DNA of 45,252 nucleotides, counting the filler, from Jimgerdemannia flammicorona (taxonomy: Eukaryota): NCBI GenBank assembly GCA_003990765.1. It is 2 parts of 2 records of this genome, joined end to end, with 100 filler letters (N's around TTAATTAATTAA, not from the genome) between each part and the next. Parts side by side here need not be neighbours in the genome. Positions count along the whole stretch, not along the records: positions 22,680 to 45,252 come from RBNJ01001245.1; 1 more part is not named here. One strand, given 5' to 3'. The notes under the pieces are model-generated. The model was not told the DNA's origin. It did not search any database and worked only from the letters and a program-made list of their open reading frames with translations. This document shows positions 22,680-35,837 of this stretch, one piece after another. The position numbers and the translations under genes were made by a program. Each line of letters begins with the position of its first letter. The first letter of the stretch is position 1.

Positions 22680-25600
22680 AATTCGACGGGAGCTGCTATT
22701 ATTGCGGCAAGTATGGACACCGTGCGAATGAATGCATGAAAAAGGAAAAGGACAAGGGTGGAAAGAAAGGAAAGAGTGGCAAGCAAGCGAATAGCGCAGA
22801 TTCTAACGCCAATAAGGGAGGATTGTTCTTCGCCGATGTAGATTCGGACCCTTTTGGACCAGTGAAAAATGTGCAAGCCACCCTGACATCTACGAGATCT
22901 AGTTCTACATCCACCAGCGCCAGTTCTACCTGCAAATGCGCTTGCTCGACATCTACGGAACCCGACATTCGGAATACTTTTCAAGGTGCGAAAAGTGGCG
23001 GTGACGTAAACAGCATGTGCGCCAGTGCCAGAGACGAGTATACACCGAGCGCTAACATTGCATGCGATGAAGAGGACATCTGGCTCCTAGATTCAGGCGC
23101 ATCCCAGCATATGACTTCACACCGCGAGTGGTTCTCTACGTACGAACCCTTTGACAACCCCGTGCATATCAGATTGGGTGATAATAAGGTTATATACGCT
23201 CAGGGGAAGGGCAATGTCAGCATGTATTTGCATGGAAACGTTAAGGAACCCTACGCGACCTTTATGGACGTACTGTACGCTCCAGGGATAGGAAAGAACC
23301 TCTTCTCGATGGGTCAAACGCTAGCACGAGGGGATAAGCGAATCTCAGGAACGTGCGATGGTGTGAAGATATACGATCTCGACGGCAAAGAAGCATTAAC
23401 GACCAGGAAGCATGGATACTTATGTATACGCAATAAATGGAACGCCGAGTGGCGCAGCTGCGGCGAATGCAGCGTGGTCTGGAACAACCAGCGTAGCGTA
23501 TACCTGGCACCGGAGACTCGGACATATCAGCCCGACAAGCCTCGAACATATGATAAGGAACGGTTCGGTGAGCGGACTCCCGGACAACTTATGCCCGGAC
23601 CATATGCTATGTGATGATTGCACGATGAACAAGGCCTGTTAACAACCCTTCCAGGAACGGACGAAACGAGCCTCAGGGATACTCGATTTGGTACACTCAG
23701 ACGTATGGGGACCTGCGAGAAATAAATCACACTCCGGGAAGAAGTATTTTATTACGTTCATCGACGACTATACGCGCAAGGTCTATGTATACCTTATGGT
23801 GGCGAAGAGCGAAGCTTTGGAAAAATTCGGAGAATACAAGGCTATCGTCGAAAACGAGACCGGACGTAAAATTCGAGCACTACGCTCAGATAACGGCAAG
23901 GAGTACGTTAATAATCAGTTCAAGAACTTCTTGACGAGACACGGGATAAAACACCAAACGACGGCTCCCTATACGCCTCAGCAGAATGGCGTAGTGGAGC
24001 GTTTTAACCGAATGGTAGTGGAGATGGCCCGTACAATGCTCAACGCGGCCGATCTATCGAAGCCCTTTTGGGCCGAAGCGGTGAATACGGCGGTGTATAT
24101 ACACAATAGGTGTATTTCTCAAGCTCTAAGCAAGGATGCTTGTGGCAACGATCAGCAATCCAGGAACGAGGATAATGCTACGCCACATCAGCTATAGAGT
24201 GGAAATCGGCCCGATATCTCACATCTACGCATATTCGGAAGCGAAGCCTACATTCTAGATAAAAGCGGAAATAAGGATAAGTTTGATCCAAAGGCTACTA
24301 AGCATGTGTTCCTCGGGTATAGCAATGGTTGCAAAGCATATAGGCTGTGGAATCCAAGGAAGCGGAGAATTGTTAACTCCCGTGACGTTACATTCAAGGA
24401 ACCCGGCGTACAGGATTCACACGTGAATATCGAGAAGACAACTACGATTACACATACGCTTCCGGGAACGCCCCCGGCAATCAACCTTACGCCTCCAGTG
24501 GCCAGTACTACGCCTCCGGTGAGTCCTCCGGTCACACCCCTGAAGACACCCCCGAAAATGTCACCTATCCCGGCGAGGATTCCTTCGCCACCTCCTGGAC
24601 CGAGGATAACTGAGATAAGGGATAGCGATGACGAGACTAGTGAAGCGGAGACGATTCTCCCATCTACGAAAGGTAAACAAAAGCGCAAATCCAGGACATT
24701 GGATACAGATCTAGGAGACTATTGGAATGTTCCGAAGACCCGACGCAAGCATCACGTGAACTACGCTTGCGAGTGCGCATACTTGACAATGGTGGATCCA
24801 TGATCATATGACGAAGCCGTATCCTCCCCTGATAGCAAGGAGTGGAAGCGAGCGATGGATGAAAAGTATAATTCGCTCATCAGCAACGGTACTTGGGATC
24901 TAGTACCTCTTCTGAGGGATCGTCAAGCTATAGGATCTCGTTGGGTATATAAAGTTAAGCGTCAAAGTGATGGAAGCGTAGAGCGGTACAAGGCATGCTT
25001 CGTTGCTAAGGGATATTCACAGGATTACGGCGTAGACTATAACAAGACGTTCTCTCCCGTATTTAAGCTCACTTCTCTACGCATACTACTGGCTATCGGT
25101 GCTGAGTACGATTACGAAATACAGCAGATGGACGTTAAGACTGCGTTCCTGAACGGTGACGTAGATACGGAACTATACGTCCAACAGCCGCAAGGATACG
25201 AACTATACGACGGGCGGAAAGAGCTCATATGCAAACTACGTAAAGGGTTATACGGAATCAAGCAAGCGGTGAGACTATGGAATCGGAAGATCGATCAATA
25301 TCTGCTTGACAACAGATTTCGGCGGTGCGAAGCGGATCCATGCATATATACGCGACATACATCCTCAGAAACGGTATACTTGGGGATATGGGTCGATGAC
25401 ATCATAATCGTTGGCAAGAGGAGCCAAGTTAACGAAGTAAAAGCTACGCTATGCCAGGAATTTGAGATGACGGACTTAGGCGACGCGTCCTTCTTATTGG
25501 GGATAGCGATTACACGTGACAGAAATGAGCATGCTATACACCTATCCCAAGCCACCTATGCTAAGCAAGTACTTGAACGATTCAGGATGAGCGATTGTAA

Positions 25601-26396
25601 GCCAGTGGCGATGCCAATGGAAACTACGACGAGGCTAAGGAAAAGTGACCCTACGCCCGACAAGAACATCCCCTATAGACAAGCGGTGGGATTCCTTATG
25701 TATCTTATGCAAGGAACGTGACCAGACATCTCCTATGCAGTAAACAAAGTGGCGCAGTACGCCTCATGCTATGACAACTCGCATTGGACGGCAATTAAGC
25801 GCATATTCAGGTACATCAAAGGAACAGCAGATTATATGCTCAGTTTGGGCGGTGATAAAGGACAAAGCGGGAGTCACGTGTGTGTCTCCGGAGCTTGCGA
25901 CGCCGATTGGGCCGGCGACCTCGACGACCAGCGCTCTACGACCGGATATCTCTTCCATATCGGCAAAGGGGTTATCTCGTGGCAAACACGTAAGCAATCA
26001 TCAGTGGCCACATCCTCTATGCAAGCGGAATATCAAGCGTTGTCCACAGCAACTAAGGAAGCTGTATGGCTATGGGAATTACTAAAGGAATTAGGGTATA
26101 CTCAGGAACGAGACTCTACGCTGATCTTACAGGATAATCAATCTACGATTGCATTAGCAAAGAACCCTATACATCATGCAAGAACTAAGCATATCGACAT
26201 TCAACATCATTATATACGCGAATGCGTGGAAAACGGTACTATACGCCTGGAATATACGCCAACGGAGTCTATGACAGCAGATTCTCTTACGAAGGCCCTT
26301 CCGAGGCCAAAATTTGAACACTGCGTGCAAGGGATGTGTCTTACGAGCAACCCTACGCTACGGCCAGGATTCAGGGACCACCAACAACAACAATAA
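22680..26396 (+). pseudogene. Copia gag-pol polyprotein with one frameshift (about 23420) and four premature stops
   Basis: CYYCGKYGHRANEC knuckle, WLLDSGASQHM, WHRRLGH..CDDC, VHSDVWGP..RSDNGKEY..NGVVER, QMDVKTAFLNG, WVDDI, CDADWAGD, RTKHIDI. Stops at 23640, 24195, 24801 and 25719 are each consistent with C>T/G>A change. Confidence 0.95.
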
Positions 26397-26735
26397 TCGA
26401 CGCAAATCACGAGACTTTCCTAACGGCGAAAAGCCTCCAACATATACATCTTACATCCCCTATGAACATTGCACATCCGTACTGCATTTCTATTTACAAG
26501 TAAGCAAGCAAACATTTCAAGCGGACATCCATTTCGGACATTCGGACTGTTTATCAGTTCCTAGCACACCCTTTCTACTACGTATTCTACCTATTTTAGT
26601 GCTTATAAGCAGGGAATTCGGACATTTTTTAGGTTGATAGATAGCACCCATTCTACCTATCGTTTCCTGCATTGCATTCATTAGTTAGTTAGCATGCATT
26701 TCTGCAGTTTGAGCGCATATCTCATTGAGTGGGAG

Positions 26736-26901
26736 TGTTGAGATTTCTAGCTAATCAACTCGGTATGTAGCTCACGTGAAGGTGGCGCAGCTCACGTGTG
26801 AGGACGTCATCAGTGGAAACGTCATCAACGCGTAAATACGTGCTTCGCGCATATCAATAAAGGTTGCTCCTTTATCCCTCAAATTCCAGTATTTCACAAC
26901 A
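26736..26901 (+). repeat. Copia 3' LTR (166 bp)
   Basis: TGTTG/CAACA inverted termini, directly after the PPT, with an internal AATAAA. Confidence 0.88.
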
Positions 26902-27744
26902 GCCAAGTACCAACACTATTTACAAAGATGTCCTGGAGGTCTATAGGAAGGAGCATAACAATCTCTACCAGATACTTTAGGTAAAATAAATAAATAAGGG
27001 CAGCACTATGATCTTTGCAAGCTGAATTATATATATATATTTATAAAGAGCTCACCAATTTAATCTCACATTCAATAAGCAGAATTCAGTAGACAAAATT
27101 TTATTTATGATCAATATATGGATATCTCCCAATATAATTTCATTTCTAGATGTTACTAGTCATTGAATTGACCTTAATTAGTAGCTTAAATCTCTCACTC
27201 TTGACTTTGTCAAACTTGCTGACCCTTATTCTGGAGACAACATTATAGATACTTTTATTAATTATATCTGAGAGCTTGGGATCACAATCAAGGTAAAAAA
27301 AGAGGACTTACCATCAGGTTAGTATTTTGAGAGAGATTCTAAAATAAAACAGATTTTATTAGTTATTTATTTTTGTATAAATCTGCTGACCAAATATTTC
27401 AAGTACAGATTTTGGTCATTATGATAGACAATGCTACAAACAACTTAACATTTTTCCAAGTTTTAGCAGCTAGCCTTAAACAGGAAAATATAGCCTTCAG
27501 TATAGAAAGCTACTATGTATAATATCAGATCTATGTACTGAACCTTGCTATTCAGAACTATCTTATGCATGTAGCCAAAATATCTGAGAGAAGAGAGGCT
27601 CTGAGTATAGTTTCCAAGCTATACAAACTGATTGTATCAGTCTGATCATCTCTATAATAATAAGACAAATTTGCTGTACAGTATAGAGTAATAAGTTTAG
27701 CTCCAAAAGAGCTTATATTAGACATCTGTATATATTGGAACTCA
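26902..27744 (+). pseudogene. hAT (Ac-like) transposase relic with two introns
   Basis: Translations KILFMINIWISPN..FLDVTSH*ID..LDF, YSGDNI, IMIDNATNN, YVLNLAIQ and ELILDICIYWNS. These match hAT motifs D.WTS, HSG.NI, TDNA.N, C..H.LNL and TRWNS after reversing transitions. GT-AG introns at 26981-27082 and 27293-27408. Confidence 0.85.
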
Positions 27745-28783
27745 GCAGAACTCAAGGAAATGGAAGAAGCTGGAATCATTAAGCAAGCTATTAGTCTCTG
27801 GGCTTTACTCATTGTCCTTGCCCCAAAGAAAAGAAGTAAGCCTGGAGAGTTTACTCCAAAACCCTGTATTGACTACAGAAAGCTCAATACAATTACCAAG
27901 AAGAATAGGTAGCTCTTGCCAAATATTCAAGAAATCCTTACCATCTTTAGAAGTGAAGCCAAATACTATACTATCTTGGATCTGTTCTCAGGCTTTCATT
28001 AGGTTGGTCTCACTCAAGATATCAGTGAGAAATCAGCCTTCATCACACCTAATGCTACCTATATCTACCTGTGAATGCTATTTAGAATGTGTGATGCCTC
28101 AGTAAGTTTTCAGTAAATGATAAACAGAGTCTTCAGCAATGAGATCAGAAAATAGCTCTTTATCTATATTGATGATGTGATCATCTTCAGTAATACTGTA
28201 CAGAAATATGTCAACCATATATAGCTAGCCCTCAAGAATCTCAAAGAGTATGGCCTCTACATCAAGCCCAAGAAGTGTAAGTTTGCAGCTCAGAAAATTG
28301 CCTACCTAGAACACCTTATCAACCAGATCAGAATCCACATAGACCCCATGAAAATCAAGGCTGTTGCAGCCTACCCAAGACCCAGAACAACTATAGAAGT
28401 CTATGTCTTCCTTGGACTGGCCTCTTACTATAGAAGATTCATCAAAGGATATTCCAATATTACAGCACCTATCTATGAGCTACTGAAAAAGGAGACTAAA
28501 TTTGAATAGACCAAGAAATGTCAAAAAACCTTCAATGAACTCAAGATCAGGTTGATCCAAGCACCCATCCTCAGAAGACCAGATTGGAACCTAGAGTTCA
28601 TCCTACAGATAGATATAAGTACTATAGAACTTAGAGCAGTCCAAGCTCTGAAGAAAGATGGATATAAATATGTTATCTCCTATGCAAGCTGAGGTACCTG
28701 TAGAGCAGAATAGAACTATGAGTCATGTAAGCTCAAATACCTACTAGTAGTTTGAGCAGTAGACAAGTTTTACTACTACCTAG
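27745..28783 (+). mobile_element. RT-RNase H fragment of a second family-A Gypsy copy
   Basis: Reverse complement homolog of 3426-4447; includes YIDDV at about 28165. Confidence 0.92.
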
Positions 28784-30177
28784 TGTGACAAACCAGGACA
28801 TACCACCTGAATTATACCTTAGCCAGATGATGTGAACATATAGCATAGTAACCAGCAACTATTGCTATGGAAACTGTATAAATAGCTAGACTACCAGATA
28901 AGGTATATCTGTGCAGGACCTGTACACCTGTGCCAGACCTACACACTTGTACTGGACCTGCACAACTTGCCATAGATAGCAAATCTATAGTTAGCCACAT
29001 AGCAACCAGATAGCAACCACAATATATAAATTACCCCAGAGACAAGAGTGAATAAACCTCAGTCTGAAATACAAACACCAAAGAAGCCTCTAAAGATTGA
29101 GCATTGGTCCCCTTTCCACTCCAGTCCACTTTCTAATATAAAGAAGAGTTTGTTACATTTTTTGGTTTGCTTGCCAGATAAGCCTGAAGATTTGCTGCCT
29201 AAGTTCAAGGAGAACTTTGCTGCCTTTCGAGTAATCCACTGTTTAAGGAATAAGCTGCCATTTCCAAGTTATCCACATTCCCAGAGAAAGCCACCTTGTA
29301 CAAGCCAGTTTCTGATGCAAATTCACAGTGATCTGTTATGTAAATGAAGCCAGTCTTTAATGCAACTTTGCCAAGAGACCCTTTCTAAGCCATCAGTTAT
29401 ATTTCCCAAAGAATTCACCGCCTGTTGTTCATATTCCCAGTTGAAGCTGATTTGGGAAGAACCCATGCCATCCGAGTTAATTCCCAGTTAAGCCATCATT
29501 TTCAAGAAGTCCGTCGATTCAGGAAGAATCCATATCATCCGCCATTTCCAAGTTAACTGCCATATTCCCAGAAGAACCTGATTTGGAAGAACTCGCACCA
29601 TTCAAGTAGTATTCCCAGTTGTAGTTATCTGTTGTTCCCAGTGAGCCCAAGTTATCAAGTTACTCACTGCCAGTACAATTCCCAGAAGAAGAATCCACGC
29701 CATATAATTCCCAGTGAGCCAAATCGAGCTATCTGCCAAATTATCAGAACGTCTGCATAAGGAATCCATCATGCTTACACAGAGATCGTCACACAGAAAA
29801 TTGCATAAGGAGAACCACTAAATTGCCAGACCGTCACACCCAGAAGATCGTTGCACTACACAAGATCGCTACACCCAGAAATCGCATACTTTTGGAGATT
29901 GCCTCACTACACAAAATTGTGGCATTCCCAGTTGACCCAAGAAGAAAATATATTTACACACAAATTGCCACTACACCCAGAGAACTGTTCCAATTAGGAA
30001 ATCGACACACAAATCACTCACAGATATCCAGCTTTTGACTATTATACCACTAAACACCAAAGACCTCAAGAATCTCAGAACATTTTGTTGCTTTTTGACA
30101 AAGTAACTGGGGGCTCAAGCCAAACTACATCAATCCCCAACCTTGTAATTTGCCTCCATTGAGCCAGGCACATTACA
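28784..30177 (+). repeat. 5' LTR of family B (about 1.39 kb)
   Basis: TGTGACA...CATTACA. Homologous in reverse to 41026-42425. TATA at about 29024, AATAAA at 29051. Confidence 0.88.
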
Positions 30178-30179
30178 TT

Positions 30180-30197
30180 TGGGGGCTCAACTGGAAA
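30180..30197 (+). other. Primer-binding site, probably tRNA-Pro
   Basis: TGGGGGCTCAACTGGAA two nt after the LTR resembles the canonical tRNA-Pro PBS TGGGGGCTCGTCCGGGA. Confidence 0.7.
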
Positions 30198-33100
30198 GAT
30201 TTTAAAATCAATGTGACTTTTCAGCTCACAAGAACTCACAGTCAAACTGGATACATTTGATACAACACTAATCTCTGCTACTACAGGAGAACCAGTTATT
30301 ACCAGCATCTAGACAGGAAGAGAAGTAATCACTTCAAGACTTACCAATTACCCAACATCAGAAGGATCCCAACCAGAACCAGAAGACAGTATAGCCCGAA
30401 ATCTCCAACCAGATCAACCAGACAATACAGGCAGCCCTGCTAGAGATTTTGGAGAACTCACACAAGAACTAGAAGACCTTATCACATGGACCCAATACTT
30501 TACAGCCAGACACCCTATACCAGTCCCACCAATCTCACTAACCAAACCCCTACCACAAACTCTTGTAGAACCAGAAGTAGCTCCTACAAGAATACCTAGG
30601 CCTATTCTGCTTTGTCCAAGATCCAGAACACCATCCTCAGGATACCCAAGCATCCCCATCTCTAGTGATAGTTCAGAAAGTAAATCAGAATCAGAATCCA
30701 AACTTAAACCAGAATTAGAAGAAAGTGATAACAAAATGGCCACCTCATTGCCAACCTTTGCAGGATATCCAGAGGAAGACCCCAGAGAATTCCTTGATGG
30801 AATTGAAGGAATTGCAGCCTTGAGAAATCTCTCAGATGAAAGAAAAATCACCATCTACAAAGCTCAGATCAGAGAACCAACCAGAGGAATTTTCCATTAA
30901 ACAGAAAACAACCAAGATTCAGAACTAGCAAGACAGATACAAGCAGCAATGTCTGATGAGCTAGAATATGAAGCCATGGTCCACTGGCTCATCGAAAAAT
31001 ATGCAGAAAATGAAACCTGCCATAAGGCTCAGGAATCCATCATAGGAATGAAGATAAATCTTAGAGAATCACCCAGAGCCTTCTTTACAAGAATCCAGAA
31101 GAGAATGCATTCTGCTGGGTTCAATGCCACCAACCAAGACATCATAGGTCCAATGACCTTCATGAATGGAATTTCTCCAAATATTGCCTAGTATGTCCAC
31201 ACCCTAAGCATCAGAAGGTCTGAAGAGCAAGTAGATACAGCTCAAGGATTCTTTGATATCAGGCAAGGAACTACCTGGAGTGATCATGACAAGAAGGAAG
31301 ATAAAGAAGATATCCTGGTCAAAGCCCTGCAAGGACTTCTTCAAGAACAAGAAAGATCCAAGGAAAGAAGGCCAGCCAAGGAAGGAAAGAAGGACAGAAG
31401 CGAAATCCAAGACCTCAGCTCCAAGTTAGACCGATTGGTTAGACAGATTGAAAAACTCACCACATATGAAAATTGGGACTACCAAAACAACAGAGGGTAC
31501 CCACCATAGAGGAGCCAAGGTTATCCACCAAGAGATAATAGGAATTACCAGCAAGAAGAAAGAAGGTACCCTGTCCAAGACAGAGCCCAAGTCCAATACT
31601 TTCACTGTGGACAATTTGGACACTATGCCACTGAATGTGATAATAAAAGAAGTGACTGAAGGAACTCAAAATCAGCAAACCAAAGAAATGACACTCAGTA
31701 CAAGAAGACTGAAGCCCATCCTGTTGAAGATTTTGAAGAAACAAGCAACAGTGAAGACTACAGTGACCTAGACTTGTACCCAACTAAGGTTACAATCCAG
31801 AAAACAGTCTATCCAGTAGAGAAAAGAAAGAGACCTATAGGAAGATCATCCAGGAACATCAGCAGAAGAATTATCCAAGAAGAGGATGAAGAATATGAGG
31901 AGGAACAAGTAGAAACACCTCCCCAAACCCTCTCACCTTTTGTCCCTAAGATAAATGAGTTACCACTAAAAGATGAAGAAATAGAACAAGAAGAATGGGA
32001 ACCTGCTGCTCCAAAGCCTAAGAAGAAGTACACTCTGAAGACCATGCTTAGAGATATTTACAATGAAGCCTGGCAGAAGATTCAAAAGCTAAGATGGAAG
32101 TCCCTCTCCTGCAGTTCTTGCAACTGATATCAGCTGGAGTTCGAAACAAATTGCTGAGAACCACCAGGTCTAGCACTGGCCAAGTTCCAATCCCACAGTA
32201 AGAACCAGCCTCCATCTCTGTCCAAGCAGCCAAAAGACATATCAGCACCTATCTATATGGAGATATTGGAGGACAAAAAGCGAAAATCCTCATAGATACA
32301 GAAGCAGCTGTCTGTGTCATTGCCAAATAATTCTTGGACACTCTCCAATGGCCCATTGATGGACTGTCCAACCTCAGCATCATAGTAGCAGATGGAGCCC
32401 AAACTCAACCCCTTGGAGAAGTATGAAATATCACCATCTCTCTTGGACACATTCAGTTCTCCATCCCCAAAGCTATTGTCACTGAAGCTGTCACCTATGA
32501 TATAATTCTTGGCACCAACTGGATGAAGGAAATGAATGCAGTTATTTATATCAGCCAATAAGTACTTAAGTTTGACTACTGAGGCAAGAAGTACAGAGTT
32601 AAGGTGATCAGCTATGAGCAATCGAAGAAGAAGAAGAAGATCACTATTCAGGAAGAGTATGCCAGCAGTGAAGAATCCATCACAGAAGAAGAGGAAGAAT
32701 CTGAAGATGGAAATGATCTCAGACTCAATCCCTGAATCAATCTGGTGGATGACTGACTAGAAGATAATGTTTGGGCCAAGAACACTATCCCTATTACCAT
32801 TGGAGCTATTGCAGGAGAAGCCAAAGGATGCCCCACATGCCTCAAGAGACACAAGTGTCCCGAGGACTCCTCCAAGATCATGGGAACAAGGAAATCGCCT
32901 GGCACAGCCTGTCCAGAGTGCAGAAGGAAGAAGAAGAAATACAGATATGTTTCAGAAACACCTGCAACTGAAGCTGCGAAAGTACAAGCAATTTGGGGTC
33001 AAGAATCATCTGAGGAAGAAGAAACTTCTGACCAAGAAGTTCCTGAACAAGAAGCACCTGATGAGGAAGAGGTCCCTGAACTCATTCCCTGGGATAACCC

Positions 33101-33926
33101 TCACTGGACACCACCTGAAGACAATGACCCTTGGAATACAGAAGAAGGACCCAGTATAATCATGATTATCTCCAAGAAAGAAACCCACCAAGAGAAAGCT
33201 TTTTGGCTAAGAAGATGTCCACACCAAATGATTTTCCACTCTCCCCAAGACTACTGCTATCAGTGTCATCTGTTGGACCAATAAGAAAGACAGAGACCCC
33301 AGAGACCAGAACCCCCAACTACCCTTGTACAGTCCACCACCTTTCAAGAAGTCACCACAAGATTACAAAGTTGATTTAGGGGACAAGACTTCTTCACCCA
33401 AACAGAAATATACCCCTTATCTACCCTTCCCCCAACCTATGATTAAGATGGGTACCAATTCCCAAGACAATAAGAGATAAATAGTTGGGAATATCATTTT
33501 TGGGCAATGGGATATTGCAACCATGGGAGACACCCTGACTGCTGAGACTGCAGACATTAGAAGATTCACCTCAGTCATGATGTTGCAGTACACACTTTGA
33601 AGAAAGGAGATAACCGAAGCCAGATCCAAAAAAGCCAGATTCGAAAAAGCCAAACCAAGAAGCCTGGAAAAAGAATTCTCAAGATCTATAATCTGGGAGA
33701 AGACATCCTAGCTCTCATCAGACATGCAACTCACTAAGGATAGGCAGAAGATGCCACCAACTTCATGGAAGCCCTTGACCCTACAGGAAGGAGGGGAATC
33801 AACTATCTCCGAGACCCCTCTACTGGAGCCAGATGGCCACACCTCAACCTTAGAGCTTGGAGGCTTTCTGCTAGTAGAGCTTCAGCTTTAGAAAAACCCA
33901 AACTCAGTAAGGATATTGCCCAGTAT

Positions 33927-34325
33927 GCCCTGCTGTACCCCAAGGTCAAACCCCTGACCAAAGCCCACCCAGAGGATGTAGGATATGATCTTCACAGCCT
34001 GGAGAATGAATCTATCAAGCCTGGAAAAACCTTCATAGTCAGAACCGGATTAGCCATGCAGCCATCCCAAGGAGCTTATATTCCACTGATCTCAAGGTCT
34101 GGACTTGCCAGACAAGGGATAACCATAGAAGGAGGAACCATTGACCCTAGATATATAGGTGAAATCAAGGTTATCCTACACAACAGCAGTGCAGAATAGC
34201 ACCAAATAATTAGGGGACAGAAGATTGCACAAGCAGTCTTCATGAAGGTCAAGACCCCACAGTTACAGAAAGTCTCTGAACTAACTGAAGGAACAAGACA
34301 AGCCAAGAGATTTGGAAGTTCAGGC
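33927..34325 (+). pseudogene. Trimeric dUTPase domain within pol of family B
   Basis: DVGYDL, SRSGLA, IEGGTIDPRYIGEIKV, KIAQ, RQAKRFGSSG, with one internal TAG. Confidence 0.93.
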
Positions 34326-35837
34326 AGGAAGGAGGTATATCTCCTTCAAGTCAACCATCTCAAGAGGAATGTTCCCCAGCAAGTGTACTGGCAACCAGTC
34401 AGACTGTACAAGAATCTCATCCTGGAGCCCGTAGAACAAACTACCTTTGAAATCTTTGCACCACCCGACCCCAGAAACCTTTTCTTTGAACCCAAGGAAG
34501 ATATCCCATACCTGGACATAGAAGGACACACATTCTCTGACAAAATGAACCCAGTACACTCCTGAGAAACTAACCAAAGTTGGGAGACCATTATCTTGCT
34601 GAAAGGAACCATCATAGGACATCTGGTGCCCTTTCTCAACTGAACTCATAGGGAAGTTTATGAACTAAACCTATCAGGAAATGGCAAAAGGTCCCAGAAG
34701 AAAGAAAAGGCCCCTCTGTGATCGAGGAAATAGTAAAGCTTTCCACCAATATTGGAGAAGAATTGACACTCCAACAACAGCAACAACTAGTAGAACTTCT
34801 CAACAAATATCAAGATATCTTCACTACCGATTATGGCAATCTGCCATACAATCTATCATACCACCACAGCATAAATACAGGAAATGCAACACCCATCTGG
34901 CAGAAACCCTATAGAATACCCCATTACTTAAAAATATTCGAAAAAGAGCACATCCAGGAACTCCTAGACAATGGAGTCATCTGACTCTCTACCAGCCCCT
35001 GGGCCAGCCCTATACTTATTGTACCAAAGAAAGAAGGATGGAGACTCTGCATGGATTACAGAAAACTCAATTCAGTCACTGAAAAGGATTCCTATCCTCT
35101 ACCCAGAATCAATGACCTCTTAGATCAGTTACAAGATACTAGATACTTCAGCAGTATGGACCTCTTTGCAGAATTCTATAAGATCCCCATGGACCCCAAG
35201 GACATTAAAAAGACAGCCTTTCTTGCTTTAGGAAAACTGTTTGAATACCTCTGAATACCCTTTGGACTCTGCAATACACCCCCTACCTTTCAGAGGATGA
35301 TGAATTCAGTCTATGCCCCCTTGATCCACTACTACCTGATTGTATATATGGACAATTCCAACATCTATTCAGCAAATTTCAAAGAATACCTACACCACCT
35401 AGAGGAATTCTTCAAGCTCACCCACAAGAATTACTTGAGATTGAATGCAAAGAAATACTACTTTGGGAAACAGAAACTCGAATTTCTGGGATTCATGGTT
35501 TCAAAAGAAGGAACTCATGCAGACCCAAAGGAAACTGAGAAGATCAACAATTGGCCAGTACCCAAGACTCCAAAAGAAACACTATCATTCCTGATACTAG
35601 TATCTTACTACAGAAGGTTCATTAAGGATTTTGCCCAAATTACTGCTCCAATCTGAATCCTTCTCAAGTAAGGAATGCCGTTCAAATGGACAGAATCACA
35701 GGAAAAAGCCTTCAGAAAACTCAAGAACCACATGATTACAGCACCAATCCTTGTGTGCCCCAATCTTCATCTTATATACAGATGCTTCCAAAGATGACCT
35801 AGGAGCAGTCCTAGCCCAAGAAGGATCTGACCATCCA

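Larger units (their letters stand above)
22680..26901 (+). mobile_element. Ty1/Copia LTR retrotransposon, young, 5' end in the gap
   Basis: Order gag-PR-IN-RT-RH; PPT GAGTGGGAG (26727-26735); 3' LTR TGTTG...CAACA. Confidence 0.97.
28784..35837 (+). mobile_element. Ty3/Gypsy family B, 5' part (LTR, PBS, gag, PR, Cys/His insert, dUTPase, RT, start of RH)
   Basis: Inserted in the family-A RH. Gag PTFAGYPEEDPREFL; YFHCGQFGHYATEC knuckle (about 31600); ILIDT(E/G)A protease (about 32290); DYRKLN and YMD(N/D) RT; YTDAS RH. Confidence 0.95.
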
